Source of the DNA: an uncultured virus (IMG/VR IMGVR_UViG_3300044701_001985)
Taxonomy: Duplodnaviria; Heunggongvirae; Uroviricota; Caudoviricetes
Virus record (IMG/VR): IMGVR_UViG_3300044701_001985
Strand: one strand, 5' to 3'
Length of the DNA stretch: 64,000 bases
Shown here piece after piece: positions 18,649-27,053 of the stretch. The first letter of the stretch is position 1, and each line of letters opens with the position of its first letter. The position numbers and the translations under genes were made by a program. The notes beneath the pieces are model-generated. The model was not told the origin of the DNA, ran no database searches, and worked only from the letters and a program-made list of their open reading frames with translations.

Positions 18649-18878
18649 AACTTCTTATCTTAGATATTTTAATAGTTCTAAGATTATTAACAAATGATGG
18701 TATAATGCTTGAGAATAGAAGACCTATCCCCAAGCGACAACCACCAGAAGTATTTCGTTTTGTTAGGAGACCCGCACGAAGAGGACGTAAAAAATCTTTA
18801 CAATTTGATACTTCTTTGTTAAATAGTAAAGATTTGTTTAAGGTGTTACAAAATGACCACGGCACCAGCAAAGGATAA
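18645..18878 (+). CDS. Hypothetical protein
   Basis: ATGA-coupled to the nuclease; no motif recognised. Confidence 0.4.
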   Translation: MKLLILDILIVLRLLTNDGIMLENRRPIPKRQPPEVFRFVRRPARRGRKKSLQFDTSLLNSKDLFKVLQNDHGTSKG

Positions 18879-18990
18879 ACGTAAAGAAGAGAAGGATAAT
18901 ATCTTTCTAGAAATTCTTTATAACGTTTTAGTTCAGTTACCAGTTTTAGTGATTGGATGGGTTATCACGCAATTTACATCAGAAAGATAA
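18853..18990 (+). CDS. Small membrane protein (45 aa; not in ORF track)
   Basis: MTTAPAKDKRKEEKDNIFLEILYNVLVQLPVLVIGWVITQF...; converges on the minus-strand operon. Confidence 0.45.
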   Translation: MTTAPAKDKRKEEKDNIFLEILYNVLVQLPVLVIGWVITQFTSER

Positions 18991-19869
18991 TCTAGCAGAT
19001 AATTTTTTAGCAATTTTTTTAGCAGGGGCAAAGAGAGACTTAAATCTTTCTTTGCCTTCTTTTGTGAACTTATCTTTGATTACATCATCAATAATAATTT
19101 TATTATCAATCTCATAGAGAGAATTGATTTCAACTTGGTCACGGATGTATTGTTCTACGTTAGATACTTGTTCTATTAGACGAGTTCCTTCTGCAGAGTA
19201 TTCAAAAACATCTACATGTCCACCTTCTGCTAGGACATAATGCAGAACTGGCTTGACTTGTTTAATTTTAATCTTAAACTTATTCTTTGTTGCTTCTTTG
19301 ATGATTGGTTCTGCTGCATTCTTCAGAGCATTCAGAACTGTTGTTGATGCTATCGTAGCAGCAGTGGTTACTACTGCGACAGCACCAGCCGTAGCAACAA
19401 GAGAAGGGTCAGGTAAATTAATATCGATTCCATTTACCGTAAAGGTAGGTTTGGGTAAATCTGCAGGAACTTCCGCAATCTGTTTGGGAGTTTCAATAAC
19501 AGGAGTTTGAGCAGTGGGGGTTTGAACAGATGGAGGCAGTTGAGGGGCAGGGGTAGGATCTGGTAATCCTCTTGATTTTTCTGGAGGTTGTTGTTCCTGT
19601 GGTTTTTGTTGATTTCTTACAGCATTATCAAACTCTGCTTGAGTTGGAACTCTTACAACTGGATACTGTATAGTTGTGTTTGGTGCATTTATAACAGGAA
19701 CTTCAAGACCACGAACAACTGGCGCATTTATTTGTTGAAGAATTGGTTTATCTACTGTTGGAATTACAGAAGGACCAGAAATCCGATTAATGTTTGAATT
19801 TGGAACATTAATCGGATTATTTCCGATCATCCTTACTTGATTAGTATCAATTGGGTTGATTGGTTCCAT
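18979..19869 (-). CDS. Pro-rich membrane-anchored hypothetical protein
   Basis: Probable start MEPINP; Pro/Gln-rich N-half and an Ala/Thr hydrophobic segment. Confidence 0.7.
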   Translation of the reverse strand: MEPINPIDTNQVRMIGNNPINVPNSNINRISGPSVIPTVDKPILQQINAPVVRGLEVPVINAPNTTIQYPVVRVPTQAEFDNAVRNQQKPQEQQPPEKSRGLPDPTPAPQLPPSVQTPTAQTPVIETPKQIAEVPADLPKPTFTVNGIDINLPDPSLVATAGAVAVVTTAATIASTTVLNALKNAAEPIIKEATKNKFKIKIKQVKPVLHYVLAEGGHVDVFEYSAEGTRLIEQVSNVEQYIRDQVEINSLYEIDNKIIIDDVIKDKFTKEGKERFKSLFAPAKKIAKKLSARLSF

Positions 19870-20479
19870 CGATTTTCTGAGACATTTGTTTGTACATATC
19901 AATTAAATCATCGTTATAGGTAGGAGTTTGTTGTGGAACTACTACGTTAATGTCTGCACAAACTTTATAGTAAGGACTTGTTGGAAAGAAATCAATTCCT
20001 GATTTCTTTGCCTCACCACACTTTAATAATCTTACAAGTTCAAAATCAAGTCGTGCTTTGTCTGCCTCTGCTTGTTGTCTTGAAATTTCAACTCTGGCTC
20101 TTGCTTTGCATAATTCTTGTAATGAACCATCCAGAGGAACATTAAATCCCATTGATACTCCAGCATTTCCTGAGTATGAACTAAACTGTTCTGGGTCTTG
20201 ACTTGCATTTCCATTACCAATTACAAAAGGTGCAAATGAAAATGTTGCTCCCTGGCAACTAACTCCACCACCATAAGTGTTCATTGCATATGGACCTTGA
20301 AGTACTTGAACTGCCTGGTTTGTTACATTACCAGTAGCAGATGCTGATGGTCCTGCGATGTTTGTATTTGATGGCGCTTGCTGTGCTCTACCAGAAGCAG
20401 TCAATAAAATAAGTATTACTGGGTAAAGACAGAGATTGATGTAGTGGTTGATTGAGTTTCTGTGGTGCGATCTATCCAT
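19847..20479 (-). CDS. Putative secreted protein (exact start uncertain)
   Basis: Signal-like segment (LCLYPVILILLTASGRA); four Cys in the mature part; C-terminal 'DFELVRLLKCGE' helix. Confidence 0.7.
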   Translation of the reverse strand: MDRSHHRNSINHYINLCLYPVILILLTASGRAQQAPSNTNIAGPSASATGNVTNQAVQVLQGPYAMNTYGGGVSCQGATFSFAPFVIGNGNASQDPEQFSSYSGNAGVSMGFNVPLDGSLQELCKARARVEISRQQAEADKARLDFELVRLLKCGEAKKSGIDFFPTSPYYKVCADINVVVPQQTPTYNDDLIDMYKQMSQKIDGTNQPN

Positions 20480-20775
20480 GTTTCTTTAGCCACTCCAGGT
20501 CCGAGATAGGTTTCTGAGAACTGGAATGGAGCACCTTGCGTCATAATGGAATACCCAGAACCCCTTTGGGGTGTGCTAGGAATGTTGATGTTCGTTCCAG
20601 TTACAGTATAAGATTCTCCAGTTGTATACTCAACTTGGCGAATTGCTTCTACAATTCTTGTAGAAGATTCTGTAGTCGCATTGATTGTGCCCCTGGTAAA
20701 ATTAGGCACAACACTTTCTGCTAGGGCAGGAGAACAGAACCCTAGCAGGAACAAACCTGCTAGGATATGTCTCAT
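20416..20775 (-). CDS. Secreted beta-rich protein
   Basis: Signal peptide ending ALA; Thr-rich; ends SISVFTQ. Confidence 0.75.
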   Translation of the reverse strand: MRHILAGLFLLGFCSPALAESVVPNFTRGTINATTESSTRIVEAIRQVEYTTGESYTVTGTNINIPSTPQRGSGYSIMTQGAPFQFSETYLGPGVAKETWIDRTTETQSTTTSISVFTQ

Positions 20776-21233
20776 TTGAATACGCTCAGTTCAATACTAC
20801 GTTGTCCCGTTGCGGTTGTTCCTGCACCACCAGCAGTTACAGTAGGAACACCAGTTGGGGATAAAGTACCTGCGAGAGTTCCTTTCTCACCACCAACTTG
20901 AGTTACACTATCTCCATAAAGATTTGGAGTTCCGATAACACCATTAGTAACTGTTTGAGTTGTTACAGGAGTATCAGCAGCATTAATGCTTTCTGAGAAA
21001 GAGAATGCTTGGCCTGGAGTATTGATATCGTAGGTTCCAGCACCACCTACACCACCAAAGGATGTGGATTGAATGTTAGTTCCTGAAGCAGAATACGAAG
21101 CACCGATTCGAGTTGATTGAACAGCAGCACCATCAACTTTCAATTGTACGGAGTCAGTGATTCTTGATGTAATTTCAGCAGCATTAACTGGGATTGCGAA
21201 GAATAACGAAAAGGCTAATAGAAGTCTTTTCAT
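20772..21233 (-). CDS. Secreted beta-rich protein
   Basis: Signal peptide ending VNA; Gly/Thr-rich; ends IELSVFK; CTAAATA late-like element upstream on the minus strand. Confidence 0.78.
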   Translation of the reverse strand: MKRLLLAFSLFFAIPVNAAEITSRITDSVQLKVDGAAVQSTRIGASYSASGTNIQSTSFGGVGGAGTYDINTPGQAFSFSESINAADTPVTTQTVTNGVIGTPNLYGDSVTQVGGEKGTLAGTLSPTGVPTVTAGGAGTTATGQRSIELSVFK

Positions 21234-21290
21234 TTTCTTTTGTTGTGATAAACACTATTCTTATTTAGCAAGGTGTCTCCATTTGGGGGC

Positions 21291-21324
21291 TTGACGGGCA
21301 CGGGAAATCGTAGTATGATAAATA
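21291..21324 (+). promoter_or_regulatory. psbA promoter (sigma70 plus overlapping late-like ATAAATA)
   Basis: TTGACG-N17-TATGAT immediately followed by AAATA. Confidence 0.75.
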
Positions 21325-21369
21325 GGTAAACAAATGTTACGGATTTCTCATAAATCTTAACATTACTAA

Positions 21370-21475
21370 CACCCGTTAACCGAGACCTATGGGTGTATAA
21401 ATTACGTCTCTCATACCCAGTCTGAGGGTGACTGGGAAATAGTAACTCCACCATTTCCCTGATGGTCTTACTACT
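21370..21475 (+). ncRNA. PhotoRC-II-like structured leader RNA of psbA
   Basis: Hairpins CCCAGTC-TGAGGGT-GACTGGG and ACCAT-TTCCCTG-ATGGT have complementary loops (AGGG/CCCT), sit inside a TAGTAA/TTACTA stem, and lie directly 5' of phage psbA. Confidence 0.75.
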
Positions 21476-21487
21476 TTTTTAAGAAAA

Positions 21488-22567
21488 ATGACTGCTACAC
21501 TTTCACGTCAACAACAATCGAATACTTGGGAACAGTTCTGCAACTGGGTTACTTCAACCGATAATCGTCTTTATGTTGGATGGTTCGGAGTCCTCATGAT
21601 TCCTTGCCTACTTGCTGCTACAACTTGTTTCATCATCGCATTCATCGGTGCTCCCCCTGTGGACATTGATGGTATCCGTGAACCCGTTGCTGGTTCACTC
21701 ATGTACGGAAACAACATCATCTCTGGTGCTGTAATTCCTTCGTCCAATGCAATTGGACTGCACTTTTATCCAATTTGGGAAGCTGCTTCCCTAGATGAGT
21801 GGCTATATAATGGAGGACCTTTCCAACTAGTCGTCTTCCACTTTCTGATTGGTATCTATGCTTACATGGGCCGCGAATGGGAACTTTCTTACCGACTCGG
21901 TATGCGTCCTTGGATTTGTGTTGCCTACTCTGCACCCGTTGCTGCTGCTTCTGCAGTGTTCCTGGTCTATCCCTTTGGTCAAGGATCCTTCAGTGACGCA
22001 ATGCCTCTTGGGATTTCGGGAACTTTCAACTACATGCTTGTTTTCCAGGCAGAACACAACATTCTTATGCACCCTTTCCACATGCTGGGAGTTGCTGGTG
22101 TCTTCGGTGGTTCTCTTTTCTCTGCTATGCACGGATCTCTTGTCACCTCTTCTCTCGTCCGTGAGACGACAGAAACTGAGTCACAGAACTATGGATACAA
22201 GTTTGGACAAGAAGAAGAGACCTACAACATTGTAGCTGCTCATGGTTACTTCGGTCGTCTGATTTTCCAATATGCCTCGTTCAACAACTCTCGTTCGCTA
22301 CACTTCTTCCTTGCTGCTTGGCCTGTTGTCGGTATCTGGTTTACTGCCTTGGGCGTTAGCACAATGGCGTTCAACCTCAATGGATTCAACTTCAACCAGT
22401 CCATCCAGGATTCACAGGGACATGTGATTAACACTTGGGCAGACATCCTAAACCGTGGTGGTCTTGGCATGGAAGTGATGCACGAGCGTAACGCTCACAA
22501 CTTCCCGCTCGACCTTGCTGCTGCTGATAGCACTCCTGTTGCTCTCACAGCACCTGCTATTGGTTGA
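21488..22567 (+). CDS. psbA: Photosystem II D1 protein
   Basis: Full-length D1 (NRLYVGWFG ... [13 protein letters not shown]); Glu in MGREWELS as in high-light D1:2 forms; uninterrupted. Confidence 0.99.
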   Translation: MTATLSRQQQSNTWEQFCNWVTSTDNRLYVGWFGVLMIPCLLAATTCFIIAFIGAPPVDIDGIREPVAGSLMYGNNIISGAVIPSSNAIGLHFYPIWEAASLDEWLYNGGPFQLVVFHFLIGIYAYMGREWELSYRLGMRPWICVAYSAPVAAASAVFLVYPFGQGSFSDAMPLGISGTFNYMLVFQAEHNILMHPFHMLGVAGVFGGSLFSAMHGSLVTSSLVRETTETESQNYGYKFGQEEETYNIVAAHGYFGRLIFQYASFNNSRSLHFFLAAWPVVGIWFTALGVSTMAFNLNGFNFNQSIQDSQGHVINTWADILNRGGLGMEVMHERNAHNFPLDLAAADSTPVALTAPAIG

Positions 22568-22592
22568 TACTTTATCGGGTATAAAATAAATC

Positions 22593-22617
22593 AATCCCCT
22601 TCGGGGGATTTTTTTTA
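22593..22617 (+). terminator. Rho-independent terminator after psbA
   Basis: AATCCCC-TTCG-GGGGATT followed by a T run. Confidence 0.88.
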
Positions 22618-22653
22618 TGTCAAATAATAAATATCAATAAGTTGCAAGCACTT

Positions 22654-23022
22654 ATGGTTCCCTTACATTCGCCTAAGGACTACCTGTTTAATCTTCATAC
22701 AACATCTAAGAGTGAAGCAAAACGATTATGGAAACAGAATATAAAAGATGCTTGGAACAACGAATGTGCTTATTGTAAATCAGAAGAAAATATTACACTA
22801 GACCATATTCTACCCCAATGTAAGGGTGGTCTAGATATTAAAACAAATGTGGTGGCATGTTGTCATTCATGTAATCAATCTAAAGGTCATACTCCTTGGG
22901 AAGAATGGTATAACAGTCAGTATTTCTTTTCTCACGAGAACTATGAGAAGATTAATAACTGGATGAAACCAGAAGCACCATCTAATGTGTATCGATATCC
23001 ACCAAGAAGAAGAATTAATTAA
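22654..23022 (+). CDS. HNH endonuclease
   Basis: CAYC...TLDHILPQCKGG...NVVACCHSCNQSKG. Confidence 0.88.
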   Translation: MVPLHSPKDYLFNLHTTSKSEAKRLWKQNIKDAWNNECAYCKSEENITLDHILPQCKGGLDIKTNVVACCHSCNQSKGHTPWEEWYNSQYFFSHENYEKINNWMKPEAPSNVYRYPPRRRIN

Positions 23023-23049
23023 AATAATCATTGACTACCCCTAGGACAC

Positions 23050-23096
23050 TTGACAAAACCCCCCGAACCACCTACAATAAGCAGGTGGTTTTTTTA
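23050..23096 (+). promoter_or_regulatory. Sigma70 promoter with its -10 inside an inverted repeat
   Basis: TTGACA-N17-TACAAT; AACCACCT...AGGTGGTT followed by a T run. Confidence 0.65.
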
Positions 23097-23102
23097 TTGG
23101 CT

Positions 23103-23771
23103 ATGGCTAAGTATAACGTTTGGATTAGTTGTGGAGAAAGTTCGTGGCATCGAACGTATTTCAATGAGCTTGGAGCAGTACAACTAACTCAAGAACAAGT
23201 AGACAAGTATTTTACTTTTGATGAAGACGATCAAATTCATTTTGATGCTGATTTACTTTCCGAGGAAACTGATCGTGATTGGAATGATCCAGAAAAAAAT
23301 CTTCCTACGTGGGATGAGATTACTGATGGATGTATGTGCTGGGGTCCAGATACTGATGATCAAAACATTGGTGTTTGCTTAGCAGATGATGAGGAAAATC
23401 AAATCTGGACATCACCGATCAATCAACTTACGTGGTATTCTAAAGAAGAAATTGACGATGACGCTCCAAAAGAAAACGGAGAAGAAAATGCCATTGGTAG
23501 AATTTTTTATGAGATGAATGAATCAGAAGGCGTTTGGATGCTTTACAATTCTTACGAACGTGGTAGTTACATTGGAGAGTTTGAAATTCCTGATGGGGTG
23601 GAGTTTGATCCAAAAAAACTTGTAGTTAATATTACTGAAGTTGCTGATTCCTGGACCATTGTTACTGGTATGGAGTATGATGGAGAAGACATCTATTGTG
23701 ATGGCGATACTATGGGCAAAGGAATTGATTGGTATGTTTATTACAAAGGAGAATTGGAGAGTTTCAAATGA
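23103..23771 (+). CDS. Acidic hypothetical protein
   Basis: Long Asp/Glu-rich ORF; ATG 23103 lies downstream of the promoter. Confidence 0.7.
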   Translation: MAKYNVWISCGESSWHRTYFNELGAVQLTQEQVDKYFTFDEDDQIHFDADLLSEETDRDWNDPEKNLPTWDEITDGCMCWGPDTDDQNIGVCLADDEENQIWTSPINQLTWYSKEEIDDDAPKENGEENAIGRIFYEMNESEGVWMLYNSYERGSYIGEFEIPDGVEFDPKKLVVNITEVADSWTIVTGMEYDGEDIYCDGDTMGKGIDWYVYYKGELESFK

Positions 23772-24028
23772 TGAACATTAAAATTTACAAAACAACTGGT
23801 TGTGGGTATTGTGTAAAAATTATTGAATTGATGAACAGAGCTGGTGTTGAATATACTGATTATGTTGTGGGTAAAGATTTAACTCTAGAAGAATTTAAAA
23901 ATGAATATCCCTTAGCAAAAGGATTTCCTTTTGTAATTATTGATGATCAAGTAATTGGTGGTCTAATAGAAACTGTGAAGTATTTTGTTGAGAAGAAATT
24001 AGTTTCTTCCAAAAAAGATCATGAATGA
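23768..24028 (+). CDS. Glutaredoxin
   Basis: CGYC active site; 'GFPFVIIDDQVIGGL'. Confidence 0.88.
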   Translation: MMNIKIYKTTGCGYCVKIIELMNRAGVEYTDYVVGKDLTLEEFKNEYPLAKGFPFVIIDDQVIGGLIETVKYFVEKKLVSSKKDHE

Positions 24029-24182
24029 CCCCAAAACTCCCATAAATAAAGGTGTGGAGCTAATGCTCAGGAGGGCTACAAAAGAGCCAGAAACACATGG
24101 TCTAAAATTAATTAAACAATTTTCCCTCCTACAAAAACAATTCTTTTTTAAATTTGAATTCAGTTGGAGGGACTTAAACTAA
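24021..24182 (+). CDS. Small hypothetical protein (53 aa; not in ORF track)
   Basis: MNDPKTPINKGVELMLRR...FKFEFSWRDLN fills the gap between grx and the next gene. Confidence 0.55.
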   Translation: MNDPKTPINKGVELMLRRATKEPETHGLKLIKQFSLLQKQFFFKFEFSWRDLN

Positions 24183-24204
24183 CCAAGTCACTCGGAGAAT
24201 TAAA

Positions 24205-24441
24205 ATGGAATCGCCTACAATCCTCTTTTTCATGGGCTGCTTTGTAGTTCTATTTCTTATAGTTGGAATTATAGCTGGTTGGTTTATCAACGACATTGTT
24301 TATAATTTTTACAATAAAAATAATTCTCCTCAACTTCATCCAGAAATGTATGATGACCAAGGAATTGTTATTAACGAAGAGCTACTTGCTGTAACCTTTA
24401 TTGACGAAGAAGAGGAAGAAGAAGAGGATGATTATTATTGA
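24205..24441 (+). CDS. Hypothetical membrane protein
   Basis: TM helix, 'HPEMYD' and an acidic tail; GGAG RBS. Confidence 0.7.
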   Translation: MESPTILFFMGCFVVLFLIVGIIAGWFINDIVYNFYNKNNSPQLHPEMYDDQGIVINEELLAVTFIDEEEEEEEDDYY

Positions 24442-25291
24442 CATGAATCAAGTTATGATTAGTAACTTGATGGCACAACTTAAGAAAGACGACCTTAATG
24501 AAAAATTGGTTCGTCATATGGTTCTCAGAAGTTTAATTGCTTATGAGAAACAATATAAACAAGAATATGGGGAAGTAGTTTTAGCTTACGATAGCAAACA
24601 CTATTGGAGAAAAGATTTCTTTCCCTACTACAAATATAATAGAAAGAAAGATCGTAAAAGTTCTGGACTAGATTGGCATTCAATCTTTGATGTCTTGAAT
24701 AAAATTCGTGATGAAATTAAAGAATACTTTCCATACAAAGTGATGGAAGTATATGGTGCTGAAGCTGATGATGTAATCTCCGTATTGTGCCGACACAAGA
24801 AACCGAAAGAAAAAGTTTTAATTCTTTCTGGAGATAAAGATTTTATTCAACTTCACAAGTATCCTGGGGTGTATCAATACAACCCTATCATGAAAAGTTA
24901 TATTTCATCTGACGACCCATATGCTTTTATTAAAGAGCATATTATTAAAGGTGATAAGTCAGATGGCATTCCTAACTTTTTGTCTGATGATGATACTTTT
25001 GTAGCTGAAAAAAGACAAAAACCCATCAGCCAAAAGAAATTAAATCTTTGGGTAGATCAAGATCCATCAGTGTTTTGTAAAACTAAATCAGAAATTGATA
25101 ATTACTATAGGAACAGAACTCTTATTGATCTAGATTATGTGCCAGAAGATCTTGAACAAAAGATCCTAGATCAATTTAACACTATAAATATTAACGACAA
25201 ACAAATCTCATTAGAATACTTTCAGCAAAATCAATTAACTGATTTGATGGAAGTGTTTTATTTTCGTAGTTCCTCGCCATTTAAGAAATGA
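24428..25291 (+). CDS. rnh: T4-like RNase H (5'-3' exonuclease)
   Basis: IIIDMNQV, YWRKDFFPYYK, EADDVI, SGDKDFIQL and GDKSDGIPN. Confidence 0.93.
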   Translation: MIIIDMNQVMISNLMAQLKKDDLNEKLVRHMVLRSLIAYEKQYKQEYGEVVLAYDSKHYWRKDFFPYYKYNRKKDRKSSGLDWHSIFDVLNKIRDEIKEYFPYKVMEVYGAEADDVISVLCRHKKPKEKVLILSGDKDFIQLHKYPGVYQYNPIMKSYISSDDPYAFIKEHIIKGDKSDGIPNFLSDDDTFVAEKRQKPISQKKLNLWVDQDPSVFCKTKSEIDNYYRNRTLIDLDYVPEDLEQKILDQFNTININDKQISLEYFQQNQLTDLMEVFYFRSSSPFKK

Positions 25292-25722
25292 AATTGCTAA
25301 TTTCCGAAGTGCTCCAAAAAGTGAGCAACGCCAAAACTAAAGCTGAAAAGATCAAACTTCTCAACGAATACAATACTCCTGCTCTTCGCTCCCTACTCAT
25401 CGCTAACTTTGATGAAAGCGTGATTTCTATGTTACCTGAGGGAAAAGTTCCATTTACGCCCAACGACGCTCCCAAGGGTACAGAGCATACTGTCCTAGAG
25501 CATGAGTATCGTAAGCTGTACCTTTTCTTCAAGGGCGGCAATTCTTCAATCAACCAGACTACCAGAGAAAATCTTTTTATTCAACTTCTCGAAGGTCTTC
25601 AAGAAGAAGAAGCGGATCTTCTTGTTCTTGTGAAAGATAAATCTCTTGGTAGAAAGTATAAAATTACTCGTGCTTGTGTAGAAGAAGCGTTCCCCAATAT
25701 TAAGTGGGGGGGACGTGGTTGA
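25288..25722 (+). CDS. Conserved T4-like phage hypothetical protein
   Basis: 'LPEGKVPF' and 'RENLFIQLLEGL' motifs; coupled to rnh. Confidence 0.75.
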   Translation: MKLLISEVLQKVSNAKTKAEKIKLLNEYNTPALRSLLIANFDESVISMLPEGKVPFTPNDAPKGTEHTVLEHEYRKLYLFFKGGNSSINQTTRENLFIQLLEGLQEEEADLLVLVKDKSLGRKYKITRACVEEAFPNIKWGGRG

Positions 25723-25979
25723 TGGTGATTCTTCATCAAAACTGTGATCCTGAACTAGCAAATGATCGAAATTTGCCATACACAGCATACATCGTAACTT
25801 ATGAAATTGATGGAGCAATTACCTACGATATAGCAATCCCTAGAAACAAAATTGAATTATTTGATTATTATTGGGATAGATATCGTGAAGGATTAAAATC
25901 ATTTAAGCAATCCGAAGGTAGAGTAAACCCCAAACTTTGGGGAAATAAACCACCCAAAGAAGAAAAAAGGAAACGATAA
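25722..25979 (+). CDS. Conserved cyanophage hypothetical protein
   Basis: 'LFDYYWD' and 'GRVNPKLWG'; coupled ORF. Confidence 0.7.
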   Translation: MVILHQNCDPELANDRNLPYTAYIVTYEIDGAITYDIAIPRNKIELFDYYWDRYREGLKSFKQSEGRVNPKLWGNKPPKEEKRKR

Positions 25980-26227
25980 TGGCAGGAAGCTGGAAAAATA
26001 CTTATTGTATTCAAGTTTGGAAAAATAATAATTTAAAAGATACAAAAGTATTAAAAAGAATTAATAAAAATGGGACAGCAGTTCTAACAAAAAAATATTC
26101 TGAAGTTTTTTTCTATACAAATTTACAAGAGGCTATGCCAGATGCTAGATTGCTTATGGAAAAAGGATATGATATTAAAATTAGAAAATGTTGTGAAGGA
26201 AACAACGATACACTTTGGTTAATTTAA
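25979..26227 (+). CDS. Hypothetical protein
   Basis: Coupled ORF; no motif recognised. Confidence 0.55.
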   Translation: MAGSWKNTYCIQVWKNNNLKDTKVLKRINKNGTAVLTKKYSEVFFYTNLQEAMPDARLLMEKGYDIKIRKCCEGNNDTLWLI

Positions 26228-26554
26228 ATGGGAAAGCATTACTTACTCAACCTGTATGGATGCTCATTATCTTTATTAGATAATGAGTTTTTTCTATGTG
26301 ATTTGCTTGAGAATTCGGCAGAAGCATGTGGAGCACATGTTCTACAAACTATGTCACACCAATTTAAACCACAAGGTGTGACAGCAATTTGTTTACTTTC
26401 TGAAAGTCATATTAGTATTCATACTTGGCCAGAGAAAGGAGAAGCTGCTGTAGATGTATTTACTTGTGGAGATTCTGAACCCAAGATTGCTTGTGACATT
26501 ATCATCGAACAATTAAAAGCGAAAGATTACACATTAGAATATATTATACGATAA
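26228..26554 (+). CDS. speD: S-adenosylmethionine decarboxylase proenzyme
   Basis: HQFKPQGVT, LLSESHISIHTWPE and DVFTCG. Confidence 0.93.
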   Translation: MGKHYLLNLYGCSLSLLDNEFFLCDLLENSAEACGAHVLQTMSHQFKPQGVTAICLLSESHISIHTWPEKGEAAVDVFTCGDSEPKIACDIIIEQLKAKDYTLEYIIR

Positions 26555-26560
26555 AAATAT

Positions 26561-26576
26561 TGTATAAAAAAATACA
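26561..26576. promoter_or_regulatory. Putative NtcA binding site
   Basis: TGTA-TAAAAAAA-TACA matches GTA-N8-TAC and lies within the longer palindrome ATATTGTA...TACAATAT. Confidence 0.6.
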
Positions 26577-26583
26577 ATATTAG

Positions 26584-26612
26584 TTGACTAGATACGATAG
26601 GAGTGCTAAAAT
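26584..26612 (+). promoter_or_regulatory. Sigma70 promoter driving the riboswitch leader
   Basis: TTGACT-N17-TAAAAT with extended TG; the -10 lies in the loop of CGATAGGAGT...ACTCCTATCG. Confidence 0.7.
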
Positions 26613-26620
26613 ACTCCTAT

Positions 26621-26716
26621 CGTTCATCGCCATTGGCGACGGAAGTAAGCCGACTCGGAACGGATCGTTCATTCGCTATTTGGAAATAGCGAACGCAAAA
26701 GCCGACTGAAGGAACG
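26621..26716 (+). ncRNA. Tandem glnA-type glutamine riboswitch aptamers
   Basis: Two units: CGTTCA-[hairpin]-CGGAAGTAAGCCGACTCGGAACG (26621-26662) and CGTTCA-[hairpin]-CGCAAAAGCCGACTGAAGGAACG (26666-26716). Both have P1 CGTTC/GAACG; GGAAGTAAG and TGAAG match the glnA motif. Confidence 0.8.
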
Positions 26717-26749
26717 CTCTTTAACTTAAAACCCTAAGGAGAAAACCTA

Positions 26750-26908
26750 ATGTCACAAGCAACTTATCGTGGATGTAAGTACAACACTGAAACCCCAAAG
26801 CAAGAATATCAAAAGTGGTATTCCGAAACACATGCCCCAGCACATCCAGCAAACACTTATCGTGGTGTTGCCTATCGTCCTTGCCACAATCAGGAGGTAG
26901 CAAAATGA
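26750..26908 (+). CDS. DUF4278-like peptide (52 aa; YRGxxY repeats, resembling the IF17/GifB N-terminus; not in ORF track)
   Basis: MSQATYRGCKY...NTYRGVAYRP; strong AAGGAG RBS just after the riboswitch. Confidence 0.8.
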   Translation: MSQATYRGCKYNTETPKQEYQKWYSETHAPAHPANTYRGVAYRPCHNQEVAK

Positions 26909-26988
26909 ATTGGTTGAATGTTATTCGTAAACAAATTCAAAAACAAAATCGTCTACACCAAGCTCAGATGGTAATGGCGATGAAATAA
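26905..26988 (+). CDS. 27-aa peptide (not in ORF track)
   Basis: AGGAGGT RBS and ATGA coupling; MNWLNVIRKQIQKQNRLHQAQMVMAMK; followed by a terminator. Confidence 0.6.
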   Translation: MNWLNVIRKQIQKQNRLHQAQMVMAMK

Positions 26989-26995
26989 ATCAGAC

Positions 26996-27030
26996 GGGGG
27001 CTTGACAGCCCCCTTTTTTTGTGTTATGAT
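26996..27030 (+). terminator. Terminator hairpin fused with a sigma70 promoter
   Basis: GGGGGC-TTGACA-GCCCCC-T7; TTGACA(27002)-N17-TATGAT(27025). Confidence 0.8.
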
Positions 27031-27053
27031 ACGAACAAATCTGCTTTGATTTT

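Noticed and set aside
21325..21345. GTA...TAC near the psbA start as an NtcA box; TTACA-like repeats near hli/psbA as RpaB (HLR1) sites
   Set aside because: The spacing is N9 rather than N8, and the direct repeats do not match HLR1 spacing well enough to call.
21488..22567. Group I intron in psbA, or an adjacent psbD
   Set aside because: psbA is a continuous 359-aa ORF and no psbD is present in the window.
26721..26903. Minus-strand 60-aa ORF from the track
   Set aside because: It is antisense to the better-supported DUF4278-like gene, which has an RBS and riboswitch.
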